Shown here: piece after piece, positions 1 through 12,055 of the stretch | Layout: each line of letters starts with the position of its first letter | How positions within the stretch are numbered: position 1 is the first letter of the stretch | From: Mobula hypostoma | Lineage: Eukaryota | Direction: 5' to 3' | DNA length: 64,000 nucleotides | Assembly: GCF_963921235.1 (NCBI RefSeq) | Contig: NC_086108.1 | Location: 77,564,001 to 77,628,000, forward strand | The notes under the pieces: generated by a model | What the model was told of the DNA's origin: nothing | Database searches by the model: none | The model's input: only the letters and a program-made list of their open reading frames with translations | Made by a program: the position numbers and the translations under genes

Positions 1-450
1 TGCTTCCCCAGCTCACACTCCTTCTCTTCATTCCATGATCTACAGTGCTTTCCCATCAGATTCCTTCTTTTCTCAGCCCTTTGCCTCTTCCACCAATCAC
101 TCCACCATCTCCCCAACCGGCTTCTCACATCATAAACACAAGAGATTCTGTGGATGCTGGGAATCTTGAGCAACACACACTAAAATGCTGGAGGAAGGCA
201 GGGAGCATCTTTGTTCCTACTCCCCAACCACCCCCACCACCACCTTCTCCCTCAGCTGGATTCACCTGCTGTCTGCCAGCTTGTGCTTTTCCCCCTTCCG
301 CTAACTTTTTATTCTGGTTTTTGCCCTCTTTCTTTCCAGTCCGAATGAAAGGTCTCAGCCCAAAAAGTCATCTATCTGTTCACTTCCCTCCATAATATGC
401 TTACTGACCTGCTGAGTTTCTCCAGGATTTAGTGCATAGTTCTCAGAGAT
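1..450 (+). mobile_element. Penelope-like element pseudo-LTR fragments (old), with an oppositely oriented pLTR end at ~133-205 and a decayed hammerhead motif at ~336-372
   Basis: Pyrimidine-rich tract followed by ccagtccgaatgaaaggtctcagccc...gacctgctgagtttctccag, homologous to the pLTR at 25990-26421. Confidence 0.75.
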
Positions 451-1274
451 TTGAGCAAATGCACGAAGAGAATCATGACGTATGACGTGAAATTATTCTG
501 CTCTTTTATTGTCAGAACTCACTTGTGCTTGCAGCAAAACTTGGATTGGTGCCATTTGCAAAATAATCCTTTTGTGTCATCTTCCATCCAGTTTAGCCTT
601 CACAGTCACAATAGGTAAATCTACACTTAACCACAAATAGTTAATAAATAGAGAAAAGAGACAATAGAAAACAATTTCTGTTTGACCGGCATTTTCCGCA
701 ATCCTTGATCTGACAAGTTCTCAAAAACCTTGGAAGTCTTTTGCACTTTTGCCAGAGAGTCATCTGTTGGAAGAATTTATCACTCAATTGCTATTGTTTT
801 AAAACAAAAGATTACACTGACTGGCTTTAAACCACAAGAAAACAAAACAAAAGAATACCTAATGCAGGATGTCTTTTAACAATGCACTTGCCATGATACC
901 ACTAATTTTGACTTCAGGGGGGAATTTTCAAATGCACAGTGCACCTGGTGTTCATTTTAGTTTTTATTTGGCTAAGTTCCAGTGACGGGGGGTGGGCTAC
1001 ACTGAAGTTCAAAAGAAGGAACAGGGTGCCTTTGCTCAGTGAAACAAACAAGAATGACATTGTTATTTAACTGTCAGAAATCTAACCATAACCTAGCAAT
1101 TCTCCCGATTCTCACTTAGCCAGTTGCATTCCAGTTAATCTCTAGAAAAAGTGTAACTCTCAGCAGCCGTCATGCAAAGATGATAAATAACAGAAAATAC
1201 TTGATCTATGAATTGAGTCTGTCAGTGTTTTTAAAAAGAAATAAATGTTAAATGTTTTTTATAAAGGTCTGTAG

Positions 1275-2215
1275 GAAAATAAGTTCAGCAATGGACATAA
1301 GGAGACTACAAGATGATATACATTGGGGTTGGCAAACCTGTCTGAAAGGGATTGGTGATCATCTTCTTAAAAATTTTCTTGCATGCTGTGGAAATTTTGA
1401 TCAGAGATTACCTTTGATTACTACATTAGAAGTAATAATTATGTTTTTTAAAGGGAAATGATGAGTTCTGTTGTTTATTTACAAGTGGTCATTGCTTTAC
1501 TATTAATGAAAGTATAACAGAGGCAGATTGACGTAAATAATGTATTTTAGAAAACCAATTCAAAAATTAAGAATCAAGGGGCAGTATTGTATGCCGTGTG
1601 CCAACAAAATTTTAGCATGTGCCATCTTGGTCATGCGTGCCATTGGTTCACCACCCCCTGATTTATACAGAAAGACTACATGTGGTCTGGTGATTGGAGT
1701 CTAACATGGAAAACTGCAAAACTATCAGTTTTGATGGGAAATATGAGAGGTTGCAGAACTTTGAGATACAAAGAGATGATGCATGATTGCAAGGTGATGG
1801 TCAAATGATACACCAAATAATTAAGAAAACTGACAGAATATTATTATTTATTGCTGATAGAATTGAGAACAGAAGTAGAGAGATTGTGGCTCCCTTCAGT
1901 ACAGTTTTGGTCTCCCTATTTAAGCAAGAAAAATGCACTGGAAGAAAATCAGAGAAAGCTTACTAGAACACTGTGTATTTAGAATGGATAGATTGTTTTA
2001 TGAGGAAAGCTTGGACAGGTTAATCTTGCATCCAGTGAAGTTTAGAAAGCTGGGAAGGAATTGACTGAAACATAAAAAATAAATCCTGTGGGTTCTCGCC
2101 AGAATAGATATGAAGAGCAAATTTCCAGTTCAGGTGAATTTAGAACTAGTGGGGTCAACATTTAACACTAAGGGGTCCTCCAAACAGATGAAATTAATGT
2201 TGTTTTCTCCTAGAT
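1275..2215 (+). mobile_element. Highly decayed CR1 LINE 3' part, interrupted by a hAT-like MITE
   Basis: RRLQDDI remnant, cagttttggtctccctatttaag (QFWSPYL) and tatgaggaaagcttggacagg (YEERLDRL), colinear with the young CR1 at 27210-29220. Confidence 0.7.
1321..1660. mobile_element. hAT-like non-autonomous DNA element (MITE)
   Basis: Imperfect terminal inverted repeats ggggttggcaaacc / ggttcaccaccccctg and subterminal gcgtgcca motifs; interrupts a CR1 remnant; no clean TSD. Confidence 0.55.
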
Positions 2216-4967
2216 TGCCAATTACTTTTCCTGACTTGCATGCTCACACTAAAATAATATTACAGTAATATTGTGCCAGCCTTTCACAACAATCTTATCA
2301 ATTATTCCACGAAAAGAGAGTGACATAATTCATTGGGCAGTGCTGTTTTAATCCCATCCATGAGCCAGAAAATGAAGGATGGTTTGGTGGGGGCATATCA
2401 CGGTTCACTCTTTAACAGATTGCTCTTATCAGTCCTGCTGCTTCCAGGCCAGAATATAGTGGATTCAGTGCTATCATCTTTTGCCCAAGGGCAACAAACT
2501 CTGTCACCTGAAAATACACAGCAGTTCTGATAACCTGGGAATTTAAATGGAACTGTTATAATATGCAGCAATAAGATAGCAGTGAGCTTTGCATCTTTGC
2601 AGCCGTTCACAACAGCAGCAGAATTCAAGAGACTGGATGAGGATGTTATCCTTTATAAAAAAAAGTTCACCAGTTGATCGATGTCATGATCTTTGTTGTT
2701 CAAGGTGCAAAATAAGTTCAACATAGAAGTATGCTCTTTAACAGAAATCCACTTCTGTTGCCAAGGACAGTGGTCTTTTATCCTCGGGACCAAAATCCTG
2801 GCAAGCAGCTTCGTTTCAGCATTTTTCTCAGAGATCTGACAGGGCATTAACTTTCCTCCTCAACTACACTGCATGCTCAGTCCTGTTCATTAAAGGTGAA
2901 TGCTTCTGAAGCACACTATCCTCTGTTGTAGAATGAAGTGGAAGATACTGTTACCAATTCTAAACCTTCGTGACAGCCAAATAACATTTTTAAAAAGAGA
3001 GAGAAAGGGCCTTTGAAGCAATATTTAGTTTCAAGCATTGAATTCAGTTAATAAAATAAAATACATGTTATTCAGGGATAGGGTGACATTTCCATTTTAA
3101 TGGCGGCATGGTTGCTGAATAAAGGAACCCCAGGGGACACTTAACCAGGCCATGGGATTTCCTGCTGGGCCCCGTTTTCATTCTGAAGGTCTCCACAATA
3201 AAAGAGATTAAATCACCTGTTTGGTAAACAATGAGGAGTTGAATGTCTCAGAGTCAGAATTAGGACAGGCTAGAGACAGCCAAAAGACTCAAACTGTTTC
3301 ATATTGGTACAACCTGACTGGCTTAACTGAATTGTTACATTGCTACGGTTTTTACTTACTCAGGTATCTACCTGGGGGTAGGGTAGTGTTTAATTCAAAT
3401 ATCATTGTTATTATTTTGCTTTCATTTTGAGTGGTAAATGGTAGTCTTATTTTAATAAATAAACCCACCTCTCCTCAATCCATATTTTAATATTATTGCA
3501 ATAAGTTCATTAATTATGCAGAGCTGCACCCTGCCACCATCTACAAACTCTCTAATTTTCATATTTTAAGAACTCAAATATATGAACATTTTAAAAATGG
3601 ACAAAGCTGAATAAAATGGTGTTTGGAAATGTTGCTAAATAATGTATGATAGTATTAATTATTAGTTAGAGCAGCTGAATGATAGGCTTTAAAGAGGAAT
3701 AGTAACTACACAGGTCCACCACCAACCCAGGAAGAGTGAGAGCTGCAAGATTAAACCAGCTCATGGGTAAAGTAATATCCAGGGATAAAAGAAAAATGTA
3801 AATCTTCAATCGGGACCCTTAAGGCAAATTGAAGATATGCTGCCTGTACATCAAAAGTATGTCTAAAAAACTTATAATTAGGATTAAATATTAGTGGTAT
3901 TGGGTCAAAGGTTTGCCAGTACTAGGGAAACAATGAAAACATAGGACCTTCAAACACATCTCTCACCACCATCTGTCCAGCTTCGCTGGAGGGCATCAAA
4001 GAAACTTCACTAAAATAAGGATGTGTTTTATTGACGTACTCTGTATGATATTTCAAAAGGAGAGGATATGCAAGCAGAAAGTTAACTTGAATTGAAAGGA
4101 AAAACATATAATTTAATCAGAATTACTGGATTCAGTTGCATTAAATTGCTTTAGATAGTCATAGCATTTATCATTCTCAAACAATTGTACTAGATCATCA
4201 ATGAGTCCTCCACAGAATTCTTACAACATAAACAGATGAACTGATGTTAATTAAGAGGAGGAATCTGTTGTCTGCAAAAATCAACAAATTCAGATGAAGG
4301 TCACTGACCCCTCTATAAAGCATTTAATTTGCTGTAAAGCTCCTTGGGACACCCTAGGGTTAGGAAAGTTGTTGCATATAAATGCAAGCCTATTTAAGAG
4401 CCATAGATTGATGGAATCTATGGGTACAAATGTACTCAGGCGTAGATTTTGAAGACCTCTGAAGATGAATGAATTTCATAACTACCACTGCCAACATGGA
4501 TTCATTTTCCTAACCCCTAATTCTGAAATTCATTCCTCAAAACTCTGTTTTACTCTACCTTTCCCTCTTACGTTTGATGCATCTTAAAAAAAACACTTCT
4601 TAAACCATCGGTTCTGGTATCTCTGAGGCAAGTTCTTTCTCCTGTAAAGTGCCTGGGGAAGTGTTTGCTATGTTAAAGGCACTCTACAAAATGCAAGTCA
4701 CTGCTGACACACACAGTGAAGTGTCTTTATGTGCATTTTGTGGAGGTGGCTCCAAGCTACCAAGCTGTAAAAAGCCCAGTCGTCAACCTTCCATATCTCA
4801 CGGAGCCATCTACACCAGACTCTGTTTGCAAGTCACAATTTCAAAAAGGACTGGAAAATCTTCCAATACATTTATGGCTGAGAGTGTTCTACTTCAATTT
4901 GACTTCCACGATCAAGTTGTATTTTCTAGTTTCTCATACAACGATGTATTATTAAACTTCATAAAAC

Positions 4968-5950
4968 AAAGTTCAAAGTAATTTTATTATCAAAGTGCAT
5001 AGATGTCGCCATATACAACCTTGAGGTATGCTTTCTTGTGGGAACACTCAGTAAATCCAAGAGACACAATAGAATTGATGAAAGACCACACCCAACAGGA
5101 GGACAAACAACCAATGCGCAAAAGACACCAAACTGTGCAAAAAAAAGTAATAATAACAACAAATAATTAAGCAATATACATTGAGAACATGAGCTGTGGG
5201 AACAGTTCATTGATGGAGCAAGTAAATTTGAGTGAAATTTACCCCCAAAAGTTCAAGAGCCTGATGGCTGAGGGGTAATACAAGTTCCTGAACCTGATGG
5301 TGTGAGACCTGGGTCTCCTGGACCTTCTTCCTGATGGCAGCAGCGACAAGAGAGCATGGCCTAGGTGAGTGGGGGTTCTTGATGATAGATGCTGCTTTTC
5401 CGTGAGAGCGCTCCATGTAGACGTATTCAATGGTGAGGAGGGCTTTACCCATGATGGACGGGGCAGTATCCACTATTTTTCATAGGATTTTCCTTTCAAG
5501 GACATTGCTGTTTCCACATTGTTCCATGATACAACCAGTCAATATACTTTCCATCACACATCTATAGAAGTTTTAGATACCATGGCAAATCTTTGCAAAC
5601 TTCTAAAGAAGCAGTGGTACTGCTGTTTAAAAACTCAAACAAGAGGAATTCTGCAGGTGCTGAAAATTCAAGCGACACACATCAAAGTTGCTGGTGAACG
5701 CAGCAGGCCAGGCAGCATCTCTAGGAAGAGGTACAGTCGACATTTCAGGCCGAGCCCTGTCCTGACGAAGGGTGTCGGCCTGAAACATCGACTGTACCTC
5801 TTCCTAGAGATGCTGCTTGGCCTGCTGCGTTCACCAGCAACTTTGATGTGTGTTGCAGTGGTGCTGCTGTGCTTTCTTTGCAATTGCATTTATGTGCTGG
5901 GCCCAGGACAGATCCTCTGAATGATAACACCGAGGAATTTAAAGTCGCTG
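4968..5950 (-). mobile_element. Rex1/Babar-like LINE 3' fragment, interrupted by a PLE hairpin insert
   Basis: ORF remnants PTHLGHALLSLLPSGRR..RFRNLYYPSAIRLLN; 3' end (aataaa..tactttgaac on the minus strand) shared with the sister copy at 14812-15545. Confidence 0.8.
5627..5854. mobile_element. Fold-back (inverted) Penelope pLTR mini-insertion with 16-bp TSD
   Basis: Arms ~5672-5757 and ~5770-5856 are near-perfect reverse complements; flanked by gcagtggtactgctgt (5611-5626) and gcagtggtgctgctgt (5855-5870). Confidence 0.85.
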
Positions 5951-6084
5951 AATTTAAGTTCAGAAATGAATATAGATGTTAAACACTTTTCAGGTGTAAT
6001 ACCAAAAGATGCATGGCTAAAGTGAAGCAATATGTTTAACTGTGTCATTTCACCATGTAATTAGGATATTTACTGGATATATAC

Positions 6085-7203
6085 CATTAGATCATTAGAC
6101 TATAAGATATAGGAGCAGAATTGGGCGTTTTGGCCCATCGAGTCTACTCCACCATTTCATCTTGGCTGATCCAATTTTCCTCTCAGGCCCAATCTCCTGC
6201 CGTCTCCCCATATCCTTTCATGCCCTGATCAATCACTCATCACCACCTTCTCAAAGGCAGCTAGGGATGGGCAATAAATGCAGGCTTAGCTAGCGATGTC
6301 CACATCCCATAAATGAATAAATAAGAAAAGGAAAAAAATCAAGAATCTTCCAACCCTTGCCTTAAATATCCATAAAGACTTAACCTCCACAGCTGCCTGT
6401 GGCAAAGAATTGCACAGATTCACCACACTCTGGCTAAAGAAATTCCTCCTCATCTCCATTCTAAAAGGACACCCCTCTATTCTGAGGCTGTGTCCTATGA
6501 TCTTAGACTCCCCTACCATAGGAAACATCTTCTCCACATCCACTCTATCAAGGCCTTTCACCATTCAATAGGTTTCAATTAGGTCACCACTCTTTCTTCA
6601 GAATTCGAGTGAATTCAGGCCCAGAGCCTTCAAAAGCTCTTCATAAGACATGCTATTCAATCCTGGAATCATTCTCATGAACCTCTTTGTACCCCATTCA
6701 GTTTCAGCACATCCTTTCTGAGATAAGGGGCAAAAAACTGCTCCATATGTGGCCTCACCAGTGTTTTATAAAGTCTCAACATTACATCCTTGCTTTTATG
6801 TTCTGGTCATCCTGAAATTAATGCTAACATTGCATTTGTCTTTCTCACCACAGACTCAACCTGCAAATGAACTTTTAGGGAATCCTACACAAGGACTTCC
6901 AAGTCCTTTTGCGCCTCACTTTTTATTGCATTTTCTCTCCATTTAGAAAATAGTCAACCCTTTCATTTCTTCTACCAAATTTGCATGACCATACACTTCC
7001 TGACATTGTATTCCATCTGCCATTCCTTTGCATATTCTCCTAATCTGTCCAAATCCTTCTGCAGCCTCTCTACTTCCTCAAAACTACCTGCCCCTCCACC
7101 TATCTTCATATCATTTGCAAACTTTGCAACAAAGCCATCGATTCTATCATCCAAATCATTGACATATAACGTAAAAAGAATCAGTCCCAACACAGACCCT
7201 TGT
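6085..7203 (-). mobile_element. CR1 LINE 3' fragment (decayed RT C-terminus and 3'UTR), with a ~100-bp opposite-strand LINE tail inserted at ~6236-6337
   Basis: LFTLYVNDLDD..KFANDMKIGG..LQKDLDRLGE and FPMVGESKIIGHSLRIEG..RRNFFSQ remnants. Confidence 0.9.
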
Positions 7204-7229
7204 GTTTACTGTGTGTACTTGAAATATGT

Positions 7230-7365
7230 ACTGATCAGTCCAGAAAGAGGGTCTCATGCTGAAATATTTCTGGTCAATTTCCCTTCATTAATGCTGCCTA
7301 ACTTGCTGAGTTCTTCCAGCCTTTGTGTGTTCTTCCAGATTCTAGAATCTGCCGTCTTTTATGTT
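7230..7365 (+). mobile_element. Penelope-like pLTR fragment beginning at a decayed hammerhead motif
   Basis: cagtccagaaagagggtctcatgctgaaa...gctgcctaacttgctgagttcttccagc. Confidence 0.65.
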
Positions 7366-7461
7366 TCCATACAAGTATGTTGTAAAGTTCCAAATAGAAG
7401 AGTAAAAACAAAGGAGCTTCATAGTCTTATATTGAGATTCCTTCTTCAAACTAGGTCAAGT

Positions 7462-8128
7462 GTACAAAGGTTCAAAGGTTCATTTTATTATCGAAGTATA
7501 TACGCAGAATACATCCCTGAGATTTGTCTTCTCTAGATAGCCATGAAATACAGAAAAAAACATGAAAGTAATTGAAAGAAAAGACATCACCCCCCACATG
7601 AAAAGAAAAAGAAACAGAACTCGCAAACCTCAACCCCCAACCCCTCCCTCGCACAAAAACTAATAGATCATCCACCCGAACATGCAGCTAAGACATCAAA
7701 CCGCTAACCCCAAGCCCCTCCCATACAAAACACAGTGACGGTAACTTCAAATCCCCATCTCTGTTACACACAAAAATCTAACAGATTGTGCACACAGAAA
7801 AAAACAAGAACATCAAACCTCAAATCTCAAATCTCCAACCCTTCCCTTACCCAAAATAAGTAATAGATCACCCACCTGCCAACAAGAAAGAAAACTGAGG
7901 GAGACCAATATTTACTACAGTCCACACCAATAACCACATATATCTCAGAATTTCGAAAACTTCCTGTCAGCATCGAGGAGAGCGACAGCTCGAACCCAGC
8001 CCTTTTGCGGAGAGCGTCAGCCAACACATGGCCTTTCAACTTCAGCCCGACCCGTGAAAAGCGACCACTGACCCGTGGCGGCTTCTCGTCCTCCGGCCCA
8101 ACGCGGCGTTCAGAACGTCAGCACGGTG
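7462..8128 (-). mobile_element. Non-coding LINE-derived element (CpG-rich head plus Rex1-type 3' tail)
   Basis: 3' end cgataataaaatgaacctttgaacc on the minus strand resembles the tails at 4968 and 14812; CpG-rich 5' portion at 7950-8128; no RT remnant seen. Confidence 0.55.
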
Positions 8129-10759
8129 TTAAAATAAAGGGTAGATAAATAAAGGGTATTTTGTTTAAATAAAATAAAGGGTAGCTGTTGAGTCATTCTT
8201 TCGTCTAGCTGCAGAGTCTAAAACATACAGAATGTGGCAAAGTATTGAAAGCAATCATTCACTTTGCCACTGGAACTCAGCGTTCTGGTTCATGTATGGG
8301 CAAGGTTGGAGCTGAGTTGTCTCAGCAACTGCAATGAAAATAAATGTTTGGTTGTCTGCTATTACTGTTTTCTGTTTAAGAGCCGGAGTATGGAAGTTGT
8401 GGCAACTTGGGTGATTGTAGGGATAGTGGGCCTCCAGAGAACATGCTGAAATCAAAATACTGCAATTAATTGAAAACTGCACTTAAAAAGAAAAAGTTAA
8501 ATACCTTCAGGTTGGGAGTTACTGAAGCTCTAGACAGGCTAAGGTGTTTTCTTTCATTTGTACTCATCTCAGTGCCATTTGGAAAAAGATGTTTGGTATC
8601 GTTAAGGCACACAAGTGCCTGAAGCTGACTGAAATAATGCATCAAAGATTATAATAAACATCCTCTGAAATAAATGAAAAATAGGTTGGAAAGTATTTGC
8701 AAATTTATTCAACTTAATGTAAAAACTTGTCAAATCTGTTCTTCTTTACTTTATGATAATAGTCACACAAGACTTACTGCTGATAACAAGATGTGGAGCT
8801 TCTTTCCACAATTCTTTAGACTCTGTACCAAGTCTGATTAACAGTTTGCAAAGGGTTAAAATGTCAGTGCTTTCAGCATGTTTGTTGTGGTCTATGCATA
8901 TCATTTGATTACTTTTCCCTCTGGTTGCTGAGCGAGATCAAGGAAGTCTTAAGAGAGAGTTTGTTCTTCAGGAATGGTAATTTGCGGGTCAACCTGATAT
9001 GTCGATGAGCAAAAGATTGCAGACTGCTGCACAGCAACTTGCATTGTCCTGTCACGCAAAGCATGAAATGTCATCTGTGTAGCATACATGCAGACCCCAC
9101 AGGTACATAGAAAATACTTACCTTGCTTGATGCTCGTGATTTTACTAATGATTTTAAGAGTAAAAATATATTTTAAATGAAACAGACAATGATGGTGCTG
9201 CAGCTGGATTACAGGTCTCCATTATACCATCAGAAAATGAAAGAAAAAAATTGTTTCATGTCTAACCCTTAATCAAAACCTATTTGATCTCTGTGATGTA
9301 CCTCTCTATCAGTTTCATTTCTTCATCTTTAAACCTTTTTACTTTCAGAAAAAAATATTCTGGCTGATAGTTTTAGATGTGTATCTTAATTCATAAAATG
9401 TCACCTGCAGATTACATCAAGAAGTCATGTTTTGTCTTTCTGAAAGATGTACCTATAAAAGCTGCTTTGGGACAATCTACTAAATTAGTATTTTGATATA
9501 TTCAATGGATTAAAACTGGAAACTTAAAAACGTCACATATATATTCTGTTTTTAGTTGGAAAGGAAAACAAGGCAGGTGAGAGGATTGCAATGATCAGAC
9601 TACATTCTCCCCAGAATGTCAGAAAATTTCACTTCAAGAGGCAGAGAAATGTGGTTCAACAGAGATGACTTTGTTAGTCTAATGTTAACAATGCATGTTA
9701 TTTCTGTCTCTGAAGTGTTACCAGGCTTCTTCTGTCTGTTTTTATTGTACCTACTTTCAACTGTCTTATTAGTGCTCTGTTATTGCAGCAGCAATGTCGA
9801 GCAGGTGCTGCAAAATGATTTATGTCACCGTTGCATGGCCTGCATCCTTTGTACTCAGGCCTATTACTCACATGGCAGGGCGCTACTCACCGATGACATG
9901 TGCACGCTGGAAAGTATTGTGATCTGTTTGCCATCATTTTAACACTCCAAATTAATCACGTAGCCCAAAACAAACATGTGATCCACAGAATATGTACAAT
10001 ATGTTGCAGAGTCACAAAATGAATAGATACTGAACTAGCAAGAGAAAGATCTGTTGTGGTAAACAGAGATATTGTAGATGCATCTAAAGGAGAGATCAAT
10101 TGGTTTAGAATAAGATGAAGGATTATCTGCTGGACTTAAGCAAATGGAAAATAACATCTAGAGTAGTTTAGCGTCGGTGAAAGGAAGAGCTCAAGAAGAA
10201 GTGTAGAACTTGGAAGATCATAAAAGTGGAACGGACATGGGCTTTATTCCAGCTCAGCATCAGCAACTTTCAAGTTACCCACATCATAATGCAATTTTAT
10301 CAAGCCTTTAGGACCCATAAGAATGATACTAGGTGACAATCCATTGGAAACCTGCAGTGTTTCCTGCTCAGTAAATGCTGTATATCAGTTCAGAGTTGAT
10401 ACCTATCTATGAATGCAACATATGGCAGATATGCCAGCACCATCTTTTTCGAGAGAATACATTTTATTTCATCACTGCTAAACCTTGCACCATACCACAA
10501 GACTATAATGTTCAAGATCTTCTCACAATCAGTCTATAAATTGTTGACCTCTTGGAACAATTATAAACAGAAGAGTTGAAGATCAATTTTTCATGTAGCA
10601 TTCTACACTGTGATCAGGATTGAATTTTGAGCAGTACTTTATTTGATGATAGGCTGACCCAGTAGGAAATAATGGATCAGAGTTAACTTTTGGCTTCAGA
10701 AATGATTATTACAAATAAGGCCAATATGTTTCAATAGAGAGGGGATAATATTACAGGTC

Positions 10760-11140
10760 ATAGTCAGTGAGTACTATGAGAAAGTACTAAAACCCATCTA
10801 CTCTATGCCAACCCAGTCGTCTGCCTAGTCCCATCTATCTGCACCTGGACTGCAGCATCTAAATACCCCCTGTCCTTGTACATTACCTATCCAAACTTCT
10901 CTTACATGTTACAATTGAACCTGCATCTATCACTTCCAAAAGCAGCTCATTCTACACTCAATCCACCCTCTGAGTGAAGAAGCTCTCCCTCAGATACCCC
11001 TTAAATATTTTATATTTCACCCAAAACCAATAAACTCTCGTTCTAGTCTCAGCCAACTTGAGAGGAGAAAGCCTGCATATATTCACCCTATCTACGCCCC
11101 TCATAATTCTGTATATAGCTATAAGATCTCCCCTCACCTT
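10760..11140 (-). mobile_element. Old CR1 3' fragment
   Basis: ttcactcagagggtgg (FTQRV) and gatcttatagctatatacagaattatgagggg (DLI..YKIMRG) on the minus strand. Confidence 0.75.
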
Positions 11141-11543
11141 TAAGTTATTTGCTTTCGATTGAAATCAAGAAATTCCACTGGAACTGTGCAGAACTGAAGG
11201 TCAAATAAAGTCAGTTATAGTCTTCCTGCATTTATATTTCCGACCAACATTCAAGGTTGCTCATGATCCAAAATGAAAGTTGTCTGGTCACTAACCTATT
11301 AGGTTGGTAATTGAGAGATACGGACAAACAAAGTTTGCAGAATCCAGACTGTATGCAAATGAGAATTCATTTCCCAAAGTCAGTAAATAAGAAGGTGGCA
11401 CTAGTTAGAAGTAACTGTAAATGTGTGGAGTCTTAGAGTCACAGAGCTATACAATACAGAAACAGGCCCTTAGCCCTAACTTGTCCATGCTGACTACAGT
11501 GCTTTCCTGAGTTTGCCTGCATTGAGCCTATTACCTTATAAAA

Positions 11544-12055
11544 CCTCAAACATGAGGAAATCTGCAGGTGCTGGAACTTCAAGCAACACACACAAAAAGT
11601 GCTGGTGGAACACAGCAGGCCTGGCAGCATCTGTAGGAAGAGGTACAGTTGATGTTTCGGGCCGAGACCCTTCGTCAGAACTAACTGAAAGAAGAGATAG
11701 TAAGAGATTTGAAAGTGGGAGGGGGAGGGGGAGATCTGAAATGATAGGAGAAGACAGGAGGGGGAGGGATGGAGTTAAGAGCTGGAAAGTTGATTGGCAA
11801 AAGGGATACGAGGCTGGAGAAGGGAGAGAATCATGGGACAGGAGGCCTAGGGAGAAATAACGGACAGGTCCATTACAAACGGCGAAGAAAGTGCCCCTGA
11901 GGTGTGGAAGGGTCTGGGATAGGGACGTCAAGTACCTCCTCGTGGCGGAGAGGGTCGCCTTCAGGGCTTGACGGGAGAAGTGATGGAGGCAGAGTCAATA
12001 AAATGTGAGTACCTGGGATCCTCAGAAGGTCCAAATTGAGAGGCTCAAAAACTTC
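11544..12055 (-). mobile_element. Penelope-like element: pLTR joined to a probable N-terminal ORF segment (internally deleted)
   Basis: 11544-11855 matches the pLTR at 26130-26421; 11860-12050 is CpG-rich and reads ..SRQALKATLSATRRYLTSLSQTLPHLRGTFFAVCNGP on the minus strand. Confidence 0.75.
11647..11682 (-). ncRNA. Minimal type-I hammerhead ribozyme motif (variant copy)
   Basis: Minus strand reads AGUU CUGACGA A GGG UCUCGG CCC GAAA C AUC AACU; helix I AGUU/AACU, core boxes intact, helix III altered (ACAU). Confidence 0.7.

Noticed and set aside
2530..2680. Short plus-strand frame (LQPFTTAAEFKRLDEDVIL) as a transposon-protein remnant
   Set aside because: Too short and similarity too vague to support
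5519..5920. Recurrent short ORFs with HIKVAGERSRP / LEMLPGLL motifs (also near 11500, 26200 and 58200)
   Set aside because: Translations of non-coding PLE pLTR copies, not a protein family
8131..8185. Triple aaataaagggta repeat as a TSD
   Set aside because: No counterpart at the other end of the adjacent element; likely local slippage
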